This document shows, one piece after another, positions 37,694 to 49,049 of a stretch of 64,000 nt of DNA. Every line of letters begins with the position of its first letter. Positions within the stretch are counted from its first letter, which is position 1. The notes under the pieces were generated by a model. That model worked only from the letters and a program-made list of their open reading frames with translations. It made no database searches and had not been told where the DNA came from. This DNA is from an uncultured bacterium (lineage in GTDB: Bacteria; Bacillota_I; Bacilli_A; RFN20; CAG-826), in the NCBI GenBank assembly GCA_949285325.1, contig CASDYZ010000007.1, forward strand, positions 17,215 to 81,214. The letters run 5' to 3'. The position numbers and the translations under genes were made by a program.

Positions 37694-39241
37694 TTAATCT
37701 TCGCTTGCGGCATTGTCGGTAATTTTGAGCATCTTTTCTTCCCATTCTCTACTAGGAGTTTCAAATTTGGCGTAATCTTTATAGAAGAAAAGCCCACATC
37801 TACCAGTCTGTCCATTTCTATTTTTTGCCACGATAACTTCAACATAAGAAGCAGAGCCAGGCATTTCTTGCCCTAATTGTTTTTCTTCTACTTTCTTAGC
37901 TAGTTCAAATTTATCGCTTTCGCTCAATTTCCCAGTCTTCTTTTTGCTTGTTTCATCATTCCACATACTGTAGTAATCAGGACGATATAAAAGCAGCACC
38001 ACATCAGCGTCTTGTTCAATTGCGCCTGATTCTCTTAAGTCAGAAATCATTGGTCTTTTATTTTCTTTTCTGCTATCGGTGTTACGATTGAGTTGGCATA
38101 CGACAATTATTGGGACTTTTACATCTCTAGCGAGTTGCTTTAAACCTTTTGAAATTCTTCTAACTTCTTCTTGTCTATTATCTCCACTTTTACCATCGTT
38201 AGAAGAATCTAATAGACCGAGATAATCAACCACAACTAGTCCTAAATTAGGATCGGCGACAGATAGTTTTTTAACTTTATTGACGACATCTGAAAGTCTA
38301 AGACCAGATGAATCATCAATATATATATTAGCGTTAGATATTTCATCAATGGCCGCGGAAACTTTAACTTTATCTTGCCCACTTACTCTATTGGTATTGA
38401 TAGATTTTAAAGAGACGAAAGATAGTGATGAGACTAGTTTTTTAACTAGACTTTCGCTAGACATTTCAAGAGAAAAGATGGCGACACCTACTCTACCCAT
38501 CCTCGCCGCATTAAGGGCGAGATTTAAAGTAAAAGTAGTTTTTCCTACCGAAGGTCTAGCCCCGACAATAATATATTCTTCACGGTGAAAACCATTGGTT
38601 AATTGATTTAATCTTTTAAATCCTGTGGTGACGCCTGTCACTTCTTCATCTTCTTCGTTTTCATTAAAATTACGAACAGTATCTAATTCACTTTTTACTA
38701 CTTTGGCGATGTCGTCGACTTTTTTAAAAGTAGAAACTCTTCTTCTCTCTATTGCTTTTTTAAATTCTTCTTCGCTCTCAAGGATAAAGTCGTTGACGTT
38801 TTCTATCACTTCATTTTGATATTTTTCATTGATATTTCTAACGCTAGTAAGCATTTTTCTTAAGACAGATTGGTCGATTAAAATATTTATATAAAATTCT
38901 AAATTTGATAACGACACCATCGTGTCGACACACTCTTGCAAATAATTTACTCCACCGACTAAGTCAATTTCTTTTAATAACACTAATTCATCATATACAG
39001 TTAAAACATCAACATTAGATGACTTGTCGTTAAGACCTCTTATCGCTTTATAAATGGCTTTGTGTTTAGGTAAATAAAAATCCTCTTCCTCTAAAGAAGA
39101 AAGAATATTTAAAAGAGCATTTTTGTCTACTAAAGCACTACCTAAAACAGCCTTTTCCGCCTCGAGGTTAAATGGTATAGCGTTCTTAGGTAAAGGTTTA
39201 GTAAATGTTGATCTTTTTTTATTGTTATTGTTAGAAGCCAT
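37694..39241 (-). CDS. dnaB: replicative DNA helicase
   Basis: Walker A GARPSVGKTTFTLNLA, conserved DnaB N-terminal (PFNLEAEKAVLGSALVD) and C-terminal RecA-like domains; SD aaggag. Confidence 0.9.
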   Translation of the reverse strand: MASNNNNKKRSTFTKPLPKNAIPFNLEAEKAVLGSALVDKNALLNILSSLEEEDFYLPKHKAIYKAIRGLNDKSSNVDVLTVYDELVLLKEIDLVGGVNYLQECVDTMVSLSNLEFYINILIDQSVLRKMLTSVRNINEKYQNEVIENVNDFILESEEEFKKAIERRRVSTFKKVDDIAKVVKSELDTVRNFNENEEDEEVTGVTTGFKRLNQLTNGFHREEYIIVGARPSVGKTTFTLNLALNAARMGRVGVAIFSLEMSSESLVKKLVSSLSFVSLKSINTNRVSGQDKVKVSAAIDEISNANIYIDDSSGLRLSDVVNKVKKLSVADPNLGLVVVDYLGLLDSSNDGKSGDNRQEEVRRISKGLKQLARDVKVPIIVVCQLNRNTDSRKENKRPMISDLRESGAIEQDADVVLLLYRPDYYSMWNDETSKKKTGKLSESDKFELAKKVEEKQLGQEMPGSASYVEVIVAKNRNGQTGRCGLFFYKDYAKFETPSREWEEKMLKITDNAASED

Positions 39242-39242
39242 C

Positions 39243-39695
39243 TTATTTAGTTTGCTCCTTTACATGTACATTAACTATCCCTTCAACACCTTTATAGAGT
39301 TCAATTCTTAAACGAGTAACGCCAAAAGTATCGACTGGACCTTTATCAATAAATTTTCTTTTATCAATTTTAATGTTGAAAGTCTTTAGCATTTCTTCTT
39401 CTATTTGTTTTAAAGAAATTGAACCAAACATTTTTCCATCTTTCCCGCTTTTAGCGACAAATTCAAGCATTATATCTTTTAATTTTAAAGATAATTCTTG
39501 AGCGTCTTTTCTATTATTTTCGTCTAAAATTCTTAAATTTTCTTGTTGATTTGCAAGGATTTCTAAACTTTTTTTAGTTTCTGGCACAGCAAGATGACGA
39601 GGAATTAAAAAATTATTTGCGTATCCATCGCTGACAGAAACGCTCGCGTTTTTCTTCCCGACACCTTTAACGTCTTCTAATAAAATAACTTTCAT
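39243..39695 (-). CDS. rplI: 50S ribosomal protein L9
   Basis: MKVILLEDVKGVGKK N-terminus; 150 aa; SD agaggagg. Confidence 0.9.
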   Translation of the reverse strand: MKVILLEDVKGVGKKNASVSVSDGYANNFLIPRHLAVPETKKSLEILANQQENLRILDENNRKDAQELSLKLKDIMLEFVAKSGKDGKMFGSISLKQIEEEMLKTFNIKIDKRKFIDKGPVDTFGVTRLRIELYKGVEGIVNVHVKEQTK

Positions 39696-39697
39696 TT

Positions 39698-41737
39698 TTA
39701 ATCCTCCTCTATCTTATCTCTAGTTCTCGCATCCGCTTTCGCTTTGTTTAGATTATTTTCTAACACATTTAAAAGCGAATTGGTTACTGTATTTAAATCT
39801 GCCTTTTCAAAATACGCCGCAGCGGAAGTAAAATGTCCACCACCACCGAGCTTTTCAGCGAGCATTTGAACATTGATTGAGCCATCGCTTCGACATGATA
39901 TTCTCACATCTTTATTCGATACTTTGCCAATCGCAAATGCCGCGTGGTTACCTTTCATTGTCAAACATAGATTCGCGGCTTTTGCTAATGTCGCATTATC
40001 ATAAATCCTGTTTTCAGGACCAACAACATAAACTACTCCATATGATGGCGTTTTCATTGTTTTAACTAAATCACTTATAGTGACATATTCTTCATAATCG
40101 TCTTTTAACAAATCGTCAGCGAGAGAATTATCTGCCCCATAATCTTTTAAAATTGTACATGCTTCAAATGTTCTTAATCCAGTATGTTTACTTTTAAAAT
40201 ATGAACTATCTAAGAAGATGCCAGACAACATGATGGTGGCGAATATTTGAGGTAGTTCTATACGAGGATTAATAGAAGCATATTTTATAAGTTCAGCAAT
40301 TAATTCACAAGAAGATGATGCGGATGGATCGATATGATTAAATACTGGTGAATCAATATATTCTTCCGCTCTTCGATGGTGGTCGATAACGACAATTTTA
40401 CTCGCCTTTTCTAATAGATTAGGGGCCATGACCATATTAGGAATATGGACATCACAAACGACGAGGAGAGTGTCAGGAGTTATTTGTTCATATGCTTCTT
40501 TAGGACTAATCATTATTTCTGCGATTTCTTCTTTTGAGAAGCTCGACGTAATCGCAGCCCTTGTTTTATATTCAGTAAGTTTTAAATCGACAACTATCTT
40601 AGATGGTTTAGAAAATCTAGAACACATAGCCTTAATACCTAAACACGCACCTAAAGCGTCCATATCCATGTCTTTATGTCCCATTATAAATACGCGTGAA
40701 CTAGTCTTAATTAAACCGATTAAAGAGTCTGCTAAAACTCTAACTTTAACTCTATTTCTTCTCTCTTGTGCTTCGGTTTTACCGCCGATAAATTCCATGT
40801 CTGCCCCATATGTGGATATAACTACTTGGTCACCTCCACGAGACATCGCTATATCTAATGCTTCGTTTGCTAATTCATTTAATTTAATGACGTCAGGAAA
40901 AGCGTGGGCAAGGCCTATAGATATAGTGAGAGGAATATCTGTCCCAGAACCTATTTCTCTCACTTGGTCTAATATTTCAAAATTATTTTCTTTCATTTTT
41001 GAAAAAGACTCAAAATTACAAAGCATTGAATAACTGTCATCTTTAAATTTTCTTAAAAGCACACCATATTCTTTCGCATAATTAAATATTGTATTTTTAA
41101 CTTTTGTAACTGTGTCGTTAAAATCATCTTCTCCATGGACGACATCTTGATAATTATCAATAGATAAAATACCGATGACAGGGGCTTGATCTTTTGAATA
41201 TTTGTATATAGATTCATAATCTGTCACATCTTTGAATATCCAAAGTCCTGCTTCAAGCAAAAACTTAACTTCATATGAACGAGAATTAATTGTAATTTTA
41301 GAAGTCTTATCAGCCCCACCACTCTCTTTTAAAGTAGCTAAATCTGGTTGCCAAGATAAAATATTTGTATCGATGATGTCGATATGTCTATCCTTAAATA
41401 AATCGTTAGTCCAAAGAACCATGTCGTTATCGTCAGTGACCACTAAACCTATCATCGCGAAATTGTATGCTTCTTGGACGTCGCTTCCAATTACTTCCGC
41501 CGCATGTAAATCAGATTTTTGTCTAAGTCTAGAGATAGTTATGACAATTATCCAAACAAATAAACAGTTAATAAAAATGAGGGCTGACGCACCAATAATG
41601 ACATATTCTATTGGAATTAAAGTTTTCAAATTCAATAAATTATTAAAATAAAACGTGCAAAACAGGCATATAAGTATCAATTCTACTAAGATTATGACAA
41701 ACGACGCTATTCGTGTTCTTTTAATTACTTTTCCCAT
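39698..41737 (-). CDS. gdpP: cyclic-di-AMP phosphodiesterase GdpP (YybT): TM-PAS-GGDEF-like-DHH/DHHA1
   Basis: 679 aa; two N-terminal TM helices, DHH motif (VVIDHHRR), DHHA1 GGGH, conserved position upstream of rplI-dnaB. Confidence 0.8.
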   Translation of the reverse strand: MGKVIKRTRIASFVIILVELILICLFCTFYFNNLLNLKTLIPIEYVIIGASALIFINCLFVWIIVITISRLRQKSDLHAAEVIGSDVQEAYNFAMIGLVVTDDNDMVLWTNDLFKDRHIDIIDTNILSWQPDLATLKESGGADKTSKITINSRSYEVKFLLEAGLWIFKDVTDYESIYKYSKDQAPVIGILSIDNYQDVVHGEDDFNDTVTKVKNTIFNYAKEYGVLLRKFKDDSYSMLCNFESFSKMKENNFEILDQVREIGSGTDIPLTISIGLAHAFPDVIKLNELANEALDIAMSRGGDQVVISTYGADMEFIGGKTEAQERRNRVKVRVLADSLIGLIKTSSRVFIMGHKDMDMDALGACLGIKAMCSRFSKPSKIVVDLKLTEYKTRAAITSSFSKEEIAEIMISPKEAYEQITPDTLLVVCDVHIPNMVMAPNLLEKASKIVVIDHHRRAEEYIDSPVFNHIDPSASSSCELIAELIKYASINPRIELPQIFATIMLSGIFLDSSYFKSKHTGLRTFEACTILKDYGADNSLADDLLKDDYEEYVTISDLVKTMKTPSYGVVYVVGPENRIYDNATLAKAANLCLTMKGNHAAFAIGKVSNKDVRISCRSDGSINVQMLAEKLGGGGHFTSAAAYFEKADLNTVTNSLLNVLENNLNKAKADARTRDKIEED

Positions 41738-41820
41738 AAAAACCTTCGTATTAACTATTATAAATGATTTGTCCTCTTTATTACATAAAGTTTTAATTTA
41801 TTTCTCTTTATTCTCTAAAC

Positions 41821-41866
41821 ATAATAAAAACAGTTACCTTCCTTTAACAATTAGAATAGTAACTGT
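41821..41866 (-). terminator. rho-independent terminator after rpsF-ssb-rpsR
   Basis: acagttac / gtaactgt stem with U-tract on the minus strand (plus-strand A-run 41821-41830). Confidence 0.5.
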
Positions 41867-41885
41867 TTTAGTAAACTTATTATTC

Positions 41886-42113
41886 CTAGTCAGCAATATA
41901 TGGGAGAAGAGCCATATAACGAGCATTTTTAATTGCTCTAGCTAATTCTCTTTGATGTTTAGCACAAGTGCCGGTTGCACGTCTTTGGGCAATTTTCCCG
42001 TTTGGAGTGATAAACATCTTCAACATATCAACATCTTTGAAGTCAATATATTTAATATTGTTTTTCTTAAAATAACAAACTTTTTTATGTGGTCTAACTT
42101 TTTTAAATGCCAT
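41886..42113 (-). CDS. rpsR: 30S ribosomal protein S18
   Basis: 75 aa; [29 protein letters not shown]. Confidence 0.9.
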   Translation of the reverse strand: MAFKKVRPHKKVCYFKKNNIKYIDFKDVDMLKMFITPNGKIAQRRATGTCAKHQRELARAIKNARYMALLPYIAD

Positions 42114-42136
42114 TTTACTTATTTCCTTTCTATCTT

Positions 42137-42574
42137 TTAGAATGGAAGGTCATCGTCTGGTAAATCAAGTGTATCTAAATTCTCGTTTTGTTGATTGTCA
42201 TTCACTCTTGGTTCATCATCGAATGTCGGCGTATCAGCGTTAGAGGCTGATGAGCCTTTTGGTTCTAAGAATTGAACAGAATCACAATTAACTTCAATTA
42301 CCGAGGCTTTACTATTGTCTTGTCTTACATAAGTTCTTTGAACTATTCGACCTTCAACACCAATTAAGGAACCTTTCTTAATAAATTTGCTCATGTTATC
42401 CGCTTGCGTGTTAAATGCGACGCATGGAATAAAACTTGTACCTTTAGAGCCATCTTGATTTTTTCTAATATTGTCGATGGCGACAGTAAATGAGCAAATA
42501 GAATTACCTGAATTGGATTTTCTTAGTTCTGGGTCTTTGGTAATTCGACCTACTAGAACAACACGATTAATCAT
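42137..42574 (-). CDS. ssb: single-stranded DNA-binding protein
   Basis: OB-fold N-terminus [18 protein letters not shown] and acidic C-terminal tail ending DDDLPF. Confidence 0.9.
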   Translation of the reverse strand: MINRVVLVGRITKDPELRKSNSGNSICSFTVAIDNIRKNQDGSKGTSFIPCVAFNTQADNMSKFIKKGSLIGVEGRIVQRTYVRQDNSKASVIEVNCDSVQFLEPKGSSASNADTPTFDDEPRVNDNQQNENLDTLDLPDDDLPF

Positions 42575-42585
42575 ATTTGTCCTCC

Positions 42586-42876
42586 TTATTCGTGACTGAT
42601 GACAACAATATGACGTAATACGAGTGAGTCAATTTTCACTAGGCGTGAGAATTCATCAGTCGCTTTTGAATCAGAAGTGACTTCAACGACTACATAGTAG
42701 CCTCTTTTTTCGCCTTTGATTTCGTACGCAAGTTCTCTAAGTCCCATGGTTTCATCGACTTTGTTAATCTTTGCACCATTGTCCTCGAGGATTTTGTTTA
42801 ACTTTGCGATTTCGTTTTGGCGAGCAGTTTCATCTAAATCTGCCTTCAAAATGTACATAATTTCGTAATTTCGCAT
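42586..42876 (-). CDS. rpsF: 30S ribosomal protein S6
   Basis: 96 aa, MRNYEIMYIL N-terminus; conserved rpsF-ssb-rpsR order. Confidence 0.9.
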   Translation of the reverse strand: MRNYEIMYILKADLDETARQNEIAKLNKILEDNGAKINKVDETMGLRELAYEIKGEKRGYYVVVEVTSDSKATDEFSRLVKIDSLVLRHIVVISHE

Positions 42877-43051
42877 GTGTACACCTCCCTATGGTCTTCT
42901 GGCTGCTTTGTTTAGTAGCAGAGAGTATTGCTATAAAATAGCATGTAGTATTATACAAAATACTTAATTAGAAAGTAAAGTATTGTTGCCCTCTATATTA
43001 ATAAATTAGGTATTTTGTTTTGATTTTAGATAAAATATTTACTTTTTTTAA

Positions 43052-44545
43052 TTATTTATCATTTGGTTTCATGGTTGGGAATAGAATAACTTCTCTTATT
43101 GTCGTTTGATTGGTTAAAAGCATGGTGAGTCTATCGATACCCATCCCCACTCCTCCTGCTGGAGGCATGCCATATTCTAAAGCTTCAATAAAATCATTAT
43201 CCATTTCATTGGCTTCTTCGTCACCTAAATCTTTGGCTTTTAATTGTTCGATAAATCTTTCTTTTTGATCTATAGGGTCATTTAATTCAGTATATGCGTT
43301 TGCGAGTTCTTTACCATTGACAAATAGTTCAAATCGTTGGACAAATCGTGGGTCTTTACATTTTTTAGTTAAAGGAGAAACCTCGATTGGATATTCGTAT
43401 ACAAATGTTGGTTGAATTAAATCATCTTGGCAGAAGTTTTCAAAAAATTCATTTAATACATGCCCAACTGTATTTTTAAATGGATCGAGATGAATATCAA
43501 ATTTTGTCGCTAGTTGTTTAGCTTCTTCAAAACTCATTTCTTTTGAGAAATCAACACCTGTTTTTTCTTTTACTAAATCGGTTAATTTAACCCATCTAAA
43601 TTTATTTTTAAAATCGATGATTTTATCTTGATAATTAACAACAGCAGATCCACACACTTGTTTTGCCGTATATCTAATCATTTCTTCTGTCAATTTACCA
43701 ATTCCTTTTAAATCTGAAAATGCTTCATAAACTTCAATCGTAGTAAATTCAGGATTGTGAGTTGCGTCCATCCCTTCATTTCTAAACATGCGACCTATTT
43801 CATATACTTTTTCCATCCCGCCAACTAGAAGTCTTTTTAAATTTAATTCAGTAGCAATTCTTAAATAAAAATCGTGATCTAGAGCGTTGTGGTGAGTGAT
43901 AAAAGGACGGGCTGAGGCGCCACCTAGGATAGGGGAAAGGATACTAGTTTCAACTTCAACAAATCCTTTTTTATCTAAAAATGATTGAATAGAACGAATG
44001 ATTTTAGGTCTAGCAAATGCGACTTTTCTCGCTTCGTCATTCATTATTAAATCTAAATATCTTTTTCTCGACCTCTCTTCAACGTCAGTTAAACCATGAA
44101 ACTTTTCAGGAAGAGGATGTAAAGACTTAGTAAGATGAGTATATTTATCAGCCTTAACTGTGAGTTCGCCCGTTCTAGTAGTCATAACATAGCCGTGTAT
44201 CCCGACGATGTCACCAATATCAGCGAGGCGAAAAACTTCATATGCTTTTTTACCAACGACATCGATACCTAAATAAACTTGCATGTTGCCAGTTTTATCT
44301 TGGATATTTAAAAATGACGCTTTCCCCATTCGCCTAATAGCTTTAATTCTTCCAGCGATAGAGACGACTAAATGCATCTTTTCAATTTGCTTTGGATTCT
44401 TTTTTGCACATATATCTCTAATATCTTGAGCGTGGTGAGTCACTTTAAAAGCATGCCCATATGGTTCAATACCTAATTGTTCGTATTTTTCTAATTTTTC
44501 TCTTCGAATAATTTCTTGATCGTTCAATTCATTTTTAACATCCAT
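43052..44545 (-). CDS. lysS: lysine--tRNA ligase (class II)
   Basis: 497 aa; class II motifs (FRNEG, GGVGMGIDRLTMLLT) and N-terminal OB anticodon-binding domain. Confidence 0.9.
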   Translation of the reverse strand: MDVKNELNDQEIIRREKLEKYEQLGIEPYGHAFKVTHHAQDIRDICAKKNPKQIEKMHLVVSIAGRIKAIRRMGKASFLNIQDKTGNMQVYLGIDVVGKKAYEVFRLADIGDIVGIHGYVMTTRTGELTVKADKYTHLTKSLHPLPEKFHGLTDVEERSRKRYLDLIMNDEARKVAFARPKIIRSIQSFLDKKGFVEVETSILSPILGGASARPFITHHNALDHDFYLRIATELNLKRLLVGGMEKVYEIGRMFRNEGMDATHNPEFTTIEVYEAFSDLKGIGKLTEEMIRYTAKQVCGSAVVNYQDKIIDFKNKFRWVKLTDLVKEKTGVDFSKEMSFEEAKQLATKFDIHLDPFKNTVGHVLNEFFENFCQDDLIQPTFVYEYPIEVSPLTKKCKDPRFVQRFELFVNGKELANAYTELNDPIDQKERFIEQLKAKDLGDEEANEMDNDFIEALEYGMPPAGGVGMGIDRLTMLLTNQTTIREVILFPTMKPNDK

Positions 44546-44608
44546 AAAATAACCTCGTAATTTGTCTTTAATATTATACCGAAAATAAATATTTTCACCA
44601 ATTTATAT

Positions 44609-45577
44609 TTACCGATTTGGTATCGATTTAATTATCTTTTTTAACTCGTCATAACTCGATAAGGATGTCGCGATTTTCACTCTTATCTGTTTTGAAAATG
44701 GGAATCCAAAAAAGAAAGACGGACCAATACTTCTAAAAGCGCGCATAGCAAGCTTTTCTCCTTTTTCTTTTATGAGGAGTCTAGCCAAAAGTAAACACCA
44801 CTTCTTTTGTTTTCTTATAGATGGATTTTTTAATCTTTTACCACTTTTAAAGTAAGTATTAATTTGTTTAATTAGATAAGGATTACCAACACCACCTCTA
44901 GCCGCCATTACGTAGTCCGCACCTGTGATATCGATAGCGGTAATCGCGTCGTCCAAAGTAAAAATATCGCCAGAAATAATAAGTGGAATATCATATTTCT
45001 TTTTTATCCCACTTAACAGTTCAAATCTAGGTTTACCAGTATATCCCATTTTTCTCGTCCTCGCGTGTATGGCGATAAAGTCTATGCCCGCCGAAACGGC
45101 CTTATCTATAACATCCATAAAATTAATAGATTCATCGTCCCAACCTAATCTAATTTTAATAGATATACTAAGAGAGGTAACTCGTTTTAACTCTTCAATA
45201 ATCTCTTTGATTTTTTCTGGTTCTTTCATTAAAGACGAACCAGCACCAGAATTGGTAACTTTAGGTACAGGACACGCGCAATTTATATCGATAAAATCAA
45301 AATTTGGATTGAGTTTTAGAGCAATTTTGGCAGCACTTGCTATATTTTTTGCATCGTGCCCGAATAATTGAAGACCGATAGGTTTATCTTTTTTATCTGT
45401 TTTTAAATAGGATATTGTTTCTTCATTATGATAAATTAAACCCATGTCGGATACCATCTCTGTATAAGAAAAATTTACCCCAAATTTCTTCATAAATTTA
45501 CGGTAACCAACACTCGTATATCCCGCCATCGGGGCAAGGACTACTTTACCTTTATTTTTCCTTTTTCTAATATCCAT
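44609..45577 (-). CDS. dusB: tRNA-dihydrouridine synthase
   Basis: 322 aa TIM-barrel FMN enzyme; VVLAPMAGYT and NCGCP-like catalytic Cys region (INCACPVPKV). Confidence 0.8.
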   Translation of the reverse strand: MDIRKRKNKGKVVLAPMAGYTSVGYRKFMKKFGVNFSYTEMVSDMGLIYHNEETISYLKTDKKDKPIGLQLFGHDAKNIASAAKIALKLNPNFDFIDINCACPVPKVTNSGAGSSLMKEPEKIKEIIEELKRVTSLSISIKIRLGWDDESINFMDVIDKAVSAGIDFIAIHARTRKMGYTGKPRFELLSGIKKKYDIPLIISGDIFTLDDAITAIDITGADYVMAARGGVGNPYLIKQINTYFKSGKRLKNPSIRKQKKWCLLLARLLIKEKGEKLAMRAFRSIGPSFFFGFPFSKQIRVKIATSLSSYDELKKIIKSIPNR

Positions 45578-45625
45578 AATTATCGTCTTTTAAAAAGGGA
45601 AGGATTTTAACCTTCCCAATCAAAT

Positions 45626-47737
45626 TTAATTGTCTTTATTTTCACCTTTGTTTTCTTCTTTATTCACTTCTTTTTCTTCACCGCTATTAGGCGTTGGTGT
45701 TTCACTAGTGGCTACATTTTCATTAGGTGCAACAACAGGATTAACTACTGCTTGTTTAGGAAGTTCGCGATGCTCTAACAAATAATCAATTTGTTCAGCA
45801 GTTATACTTTCATTTTCAAGCAATGTATTGGCGATTAAAGTAACATCATCTTTATATTTAAGAATAATCTCTTTTGCCTTGTCGTGTGCATCGTCGATGA
45901 TTTTGCGAACTTGTTTATCAATTTCAAAGGCGATTTCAGTTGAGAAATTCTTCTGTGTCGATGTGTAGTCTCTACCTAAGAATACCGAACCAGTATTATT
46001 TTCATATTGGATAGGCCCTAGAGGAGACATACCAAGTTCAGTAACCATCATTCTAGCAATTCTAGTCGCCACTTCTATGTCGTTTTGCGCGCCGGTAGAA
46101 ATATCATCAAAGAAGATTTCTTCACTTGAACGACCGCCTAAATACCCAACAATACGGGCAATTAATTCTTTCTTAGTCAATAAGAATCTATCATCTTCTG
46201 GAGTCATTCTAACATGTCCACCTGTATTGCCTCTTGGGACAATAGTAATTTTTTGAACTTTGTCGCTGTGCTCTAATTTTAAGCCTATAATCGCGTGTCC
46301 GGCTTCGTGGAAAGCAACTGTTCTTCTTTCTACTTCTGAAAGTGCTCTTGAGGATTTAGCAGGTCCGGCAATGCGTCTATCGATTGCTTCATCAATGATG
46401 GCCATAGTAATTTCAGGTGCATCATTTCTAACCGCTAAGATGGCTGCTTCATTCATGATATTTTCAATATCAGCACCGGTGAAACCAACAGTTCTTTTTG
46501 AAAGAGCGACAAAGTCGACATCTTTTGCGAGATGTTTATTTCTTGAATGGACTTTAAATATTTCTTCACGTCCTTTTCTATCAGGATAATTGACAGTGAT
46601 TTTTCTATCGAAACGTCCCGCTCTTAAAAGGGCAGGATCTAATACATCATCTCTATTAGTTGCAGCGATGACAATAATACCTGAAGTATCAGAGAAACCA
46701 TCCATTTCAACCAATAATTGGTTGAGTGTTTGTTCTCTTTCGTCGTTGCCTCCGCCTAATCCAGCGCCTCTTTGACGTCCGACAGCGTCAATTTCATCAA
46801 TAAAGATTAAACATGGTGCATTTTCTTTTGCAACTTTAAACATGTCTCTAACTCTACCAGCACCGACACCGACAAACATTTCAACAAAATCTGAACCAGA
46901 AATGGAATAAAATGGAACACCAGCCTCGCCCGCGACTGCTTTTGCTAGGAGTGTTTTACCACATCCAGGTGGGCCAACTAAAAGTATACCTTTTGGTAAT
47001 TTTGCCCCAAAACGAATATATTTTTTCGGTTCTTTTAAATAAGAAACGATTTCCTGCATTTCGGTTTTTTCTTCATCCGCCCCAGCGACATCAGAGAAAC
47101 GAACTTTGCTCGCATTTTCTCTTCTTGCTCTTGATTTATTAAAGTCGAGGGCAGTTCTATTAGAAGCGCCTACAGAACTTGATAATCTAGAGAATAAGAA
47201 TATGACGATAAGTATTGAACCACCGAGCATCAACAATGTTGGTCCCCATTGATCCCACCAACTTGTCACATATGCGTCATGTGTTGTCACTATTAGATCA
47301 TCGTTATTTTGTTGTTGCATGGTGACGATATAATTTAATGAAACAGGAGTGGCGTCTCCATTTTCATCCGCGACTACTGGTTTTGAATCACCTAAGTTGC
47401 TTAAATCATCATAAGTATAAGGAAATTCTTCGTAATATGAATCAAAAGGTAGTCTCAATACGAAAGATCTATTTATTTCTCTATTGTTTTCTACTCTTTC
47501 ATATCGGCCTTCAATAACAATAATAGTTTCTTCTTTTGGTGTAACCACTATCTCAGTGATTTGGTTATTCATTAAATAATTCACAAAATCAACTTGTGAA
47601 AATGTGTCGACTGAACCACTATTACCAAATAGTATCCACGCCATAAAGGCGACAATTGCGATAACTATAAGAAAAGAAAATATAAAACTCCAGGAAAAAC
47701 CACGCCTTCTTTGTGGTCTTGGTTGATTTTCTGGCAT
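45626..47737 (-). CDS. ftsH: ATP-dependent zinc metalloprotease FtsH
   Basis: TM-AAA-M41: Walker [12 protein letters not shown] region, HEAGH zinc motif; SD aggaggtg. Confidence 0.9.
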   Translation of the reverse strand: MPENQPRPQRRRGFSWSFIFSFLIVIAIVAFMAWILFGNSGSVDTFSQVDFVNYLMNNQITEIVVTPKEETIIVIEGRYERVENNREINRSFVLRLPFDSYYEEFPYTYDDLSNLGDSKPVVADENGDATPVSLNYIVTMQQQNNDDLIVTTHDAYVTSWWDQWGPTLLMLGGSILIVIFLFSRLSSSVGASNRTALDFNKSRARRENASKVRFSDVAGADEEKTEMQEIVSYLKEPKKYIRFGAKLPKGILLVGPPGCGKTLLAKAVAGEAGVPFYSISGSDFVEMFVGVGAGRVRDMFKVAKENAPCLIFIDEIDAVGRQRGAGLGGGNDEREQTLNQLLVEMDGFSDTSGIIVIAATNRDDVLDPALLRAGRFDRKITVNYPDRKGREEIFKVHSRNKHLAKDVDFVALSKRTVGFTGADIENIMNEAAILAVRNDAPEITMAIIDEAIDRRIAGPAKSSRALSEVERRTVAFHEAGHAIIGLKLEHSDKVQKITIVPRGNTGGHVRMTPEDDRFLLTKKELIARIVGYLGGRSSEEIFFDDISTGAQNDIEVATRIARMMVTELGMSPLGPIQYENNTGSVFLGRDYTSTQKNFSTEIAFEIDKQVRKIIDDAHDKAKEIILKYKDDVTLIANTLLENESITAEQIDYLLEHRELPKQAVVNPVVAPNENVATSETPTPNSGEEKEVNKEENKGENKDN

Positions 47738-47822
47738 ATGTTCACCTCCTAAAAATCGTTATTCAATCAAACGATTGATAATATGATACATTATTTTACT
47801 AGTCTTTATAAAGTAAAAGACA

Positions 47823-49049
47823 TTAAAAAAATAAATTTTTTAAATAGAAAAATTGCTTTTGTGTTTCTTTGCAGTCTTTTCTATATCGAGGAATGTAGAT
47901 AATTTCATTTTTATTATTTACGACAACTGGCCAAATTTTTCTAAGCAATAAAGGCATTTTCCAATCGATTACTAAACGATTTAAATTCACATAGAAGTTA
48001 TCAATCTTATAAATATCATTCATATCAATATTACGAACAAAAAGAGGAAAATTATCAAGTTTAATTTCTCTTTCTTTAAACTTTGAAATAACGTCAAAAT
48101 AAAAATATTTATCATCGATAGGATTAACGTTTGCATCTAATATTTCATATCGATAATTATGAGAAAATGAAGAGGAAATAAAATAACAATATCCATATGA
48201 TTTTTCAAAACAAATATCACCATTTATTTTCAATGTCACATTAGGTTTTGTAGACAGCAATAAATGTTTAATTGAAAGGGCTGTCTTTTTAGACATTGGA
48301 CAATATAAATTTGAATTCTTTAAAAGCATATTTAAAGCGTATTGAAAAGAGATAAAATCAAGGTTTAGTAGGTTATTAATTTCATTTAGATTAATCTTAT
48401 TTAAATGGGAAAATATATCGACTAACTCTCTATTTTTATTAGCGATCTCTACTAGTATATTTTCTCTATCTTCTCTCTTTAATTTTTCAATTACATTATG
48501 CCTTATTTTATTCCTTATAAATTTATCCTCCAAATTGGATAAATCTAAAGCGTAAGGAACACTATTTTGTTCATTATATTGTATTAACTCTTTCTTAGTA
48601 AATCGTAGTAAAGGTCTGACTACTTTAATCCCCTTATTTAAAGTAGAAAATTTAATACCATACCACGATGATAAAATACCTCTTTTTTTCTGCAATAAAT
48701 AAGTCTCAATTAAATCATCTTGATGATGGGCAACAACAACCTCATCAAAAAAATTTTCTTCAACAATGTTTTTGAAAAAATTATATCTAATCTCTCGGCA
48801 CACTCCTTCGATATTACTTTTAATTTTTTCTTTGTTGTCGTATACATAAATATCTATATTATTATCCAGACAATATTTTCTTAATTTCCTTTCTTCTTCA
48901 TCTGATTCATCCCTTAAATGATAATTAACATGTGCGACACTAAAATTATAATTTTGAGATTTAAGCATATGAAAAAGGGCCATTGAATCAACACCAAAAG
49001 AACAGGCTAAAAGATATTTTTTATTATGGTCTAAAATTAATTTATTCAT
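47823..49049 (-). CDS. tilS: tRNA(Ile)-lysidine synthetase
   Basis: PP-loop LLACSFGVDSMAL near N-terminus; start taken at ATG 49049 (track start is TTG). Confidence 0.75.
   Translation of the reverse strand: MNKLILDHNKKYLLACSFGVDSMALFHMLKSQNYNFSVAHVNYHLRDESDEEERKLRKYCLDNNIDIYVYDNKEKIKSNIEGVCREIRYNFFKNIVEENFFDEVVVAHHQDDLIETYLLQKKRGILSSWYGIKFSTLNKGIKVVRPLLRFTKKELIQYNEQNSVPYALDLSNLEDKFIRNKIRHNVIEKLKREDRENILVEIANKNRELVDIFSHLNKINLNEINNLLNLDFISFQYALNMLLKNSNLYCPMSKKTALSIKHLLLSTKPNVTLKINGDICFEKSYGYCYFISSSFSHNYRYEILDANVNPIDDKYFYFDVISKFKEREIKLDNFPLFVRNIDMNDIYKIDNFYVNLNRLVIDWKMPLLLRKIWPVVVNNKNEIIYIPRYRKDCKETQKQFFYLKNLFF

Noticed and set aside
39877-42140. Plus-strand ORFs inside gdpP and rpsR (39877-40065, 40428-41033, 41232-41651, 41655-41945, 41952-42140).
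   Set aside because: Antisense to GdpP, which has DHH/DHHA1 motifs, and to rpsR; they are frame artefacts.
4490-44608. T-box leaders upstream of asnS and lysS.
   Set aside because: Intergenic spaces of about 64 nt at 4490-4553 and 44546-44608 are far too short for a T-box of about 250 nt, and no AGGGUGGNACCGCG-like T-box sequence is present.
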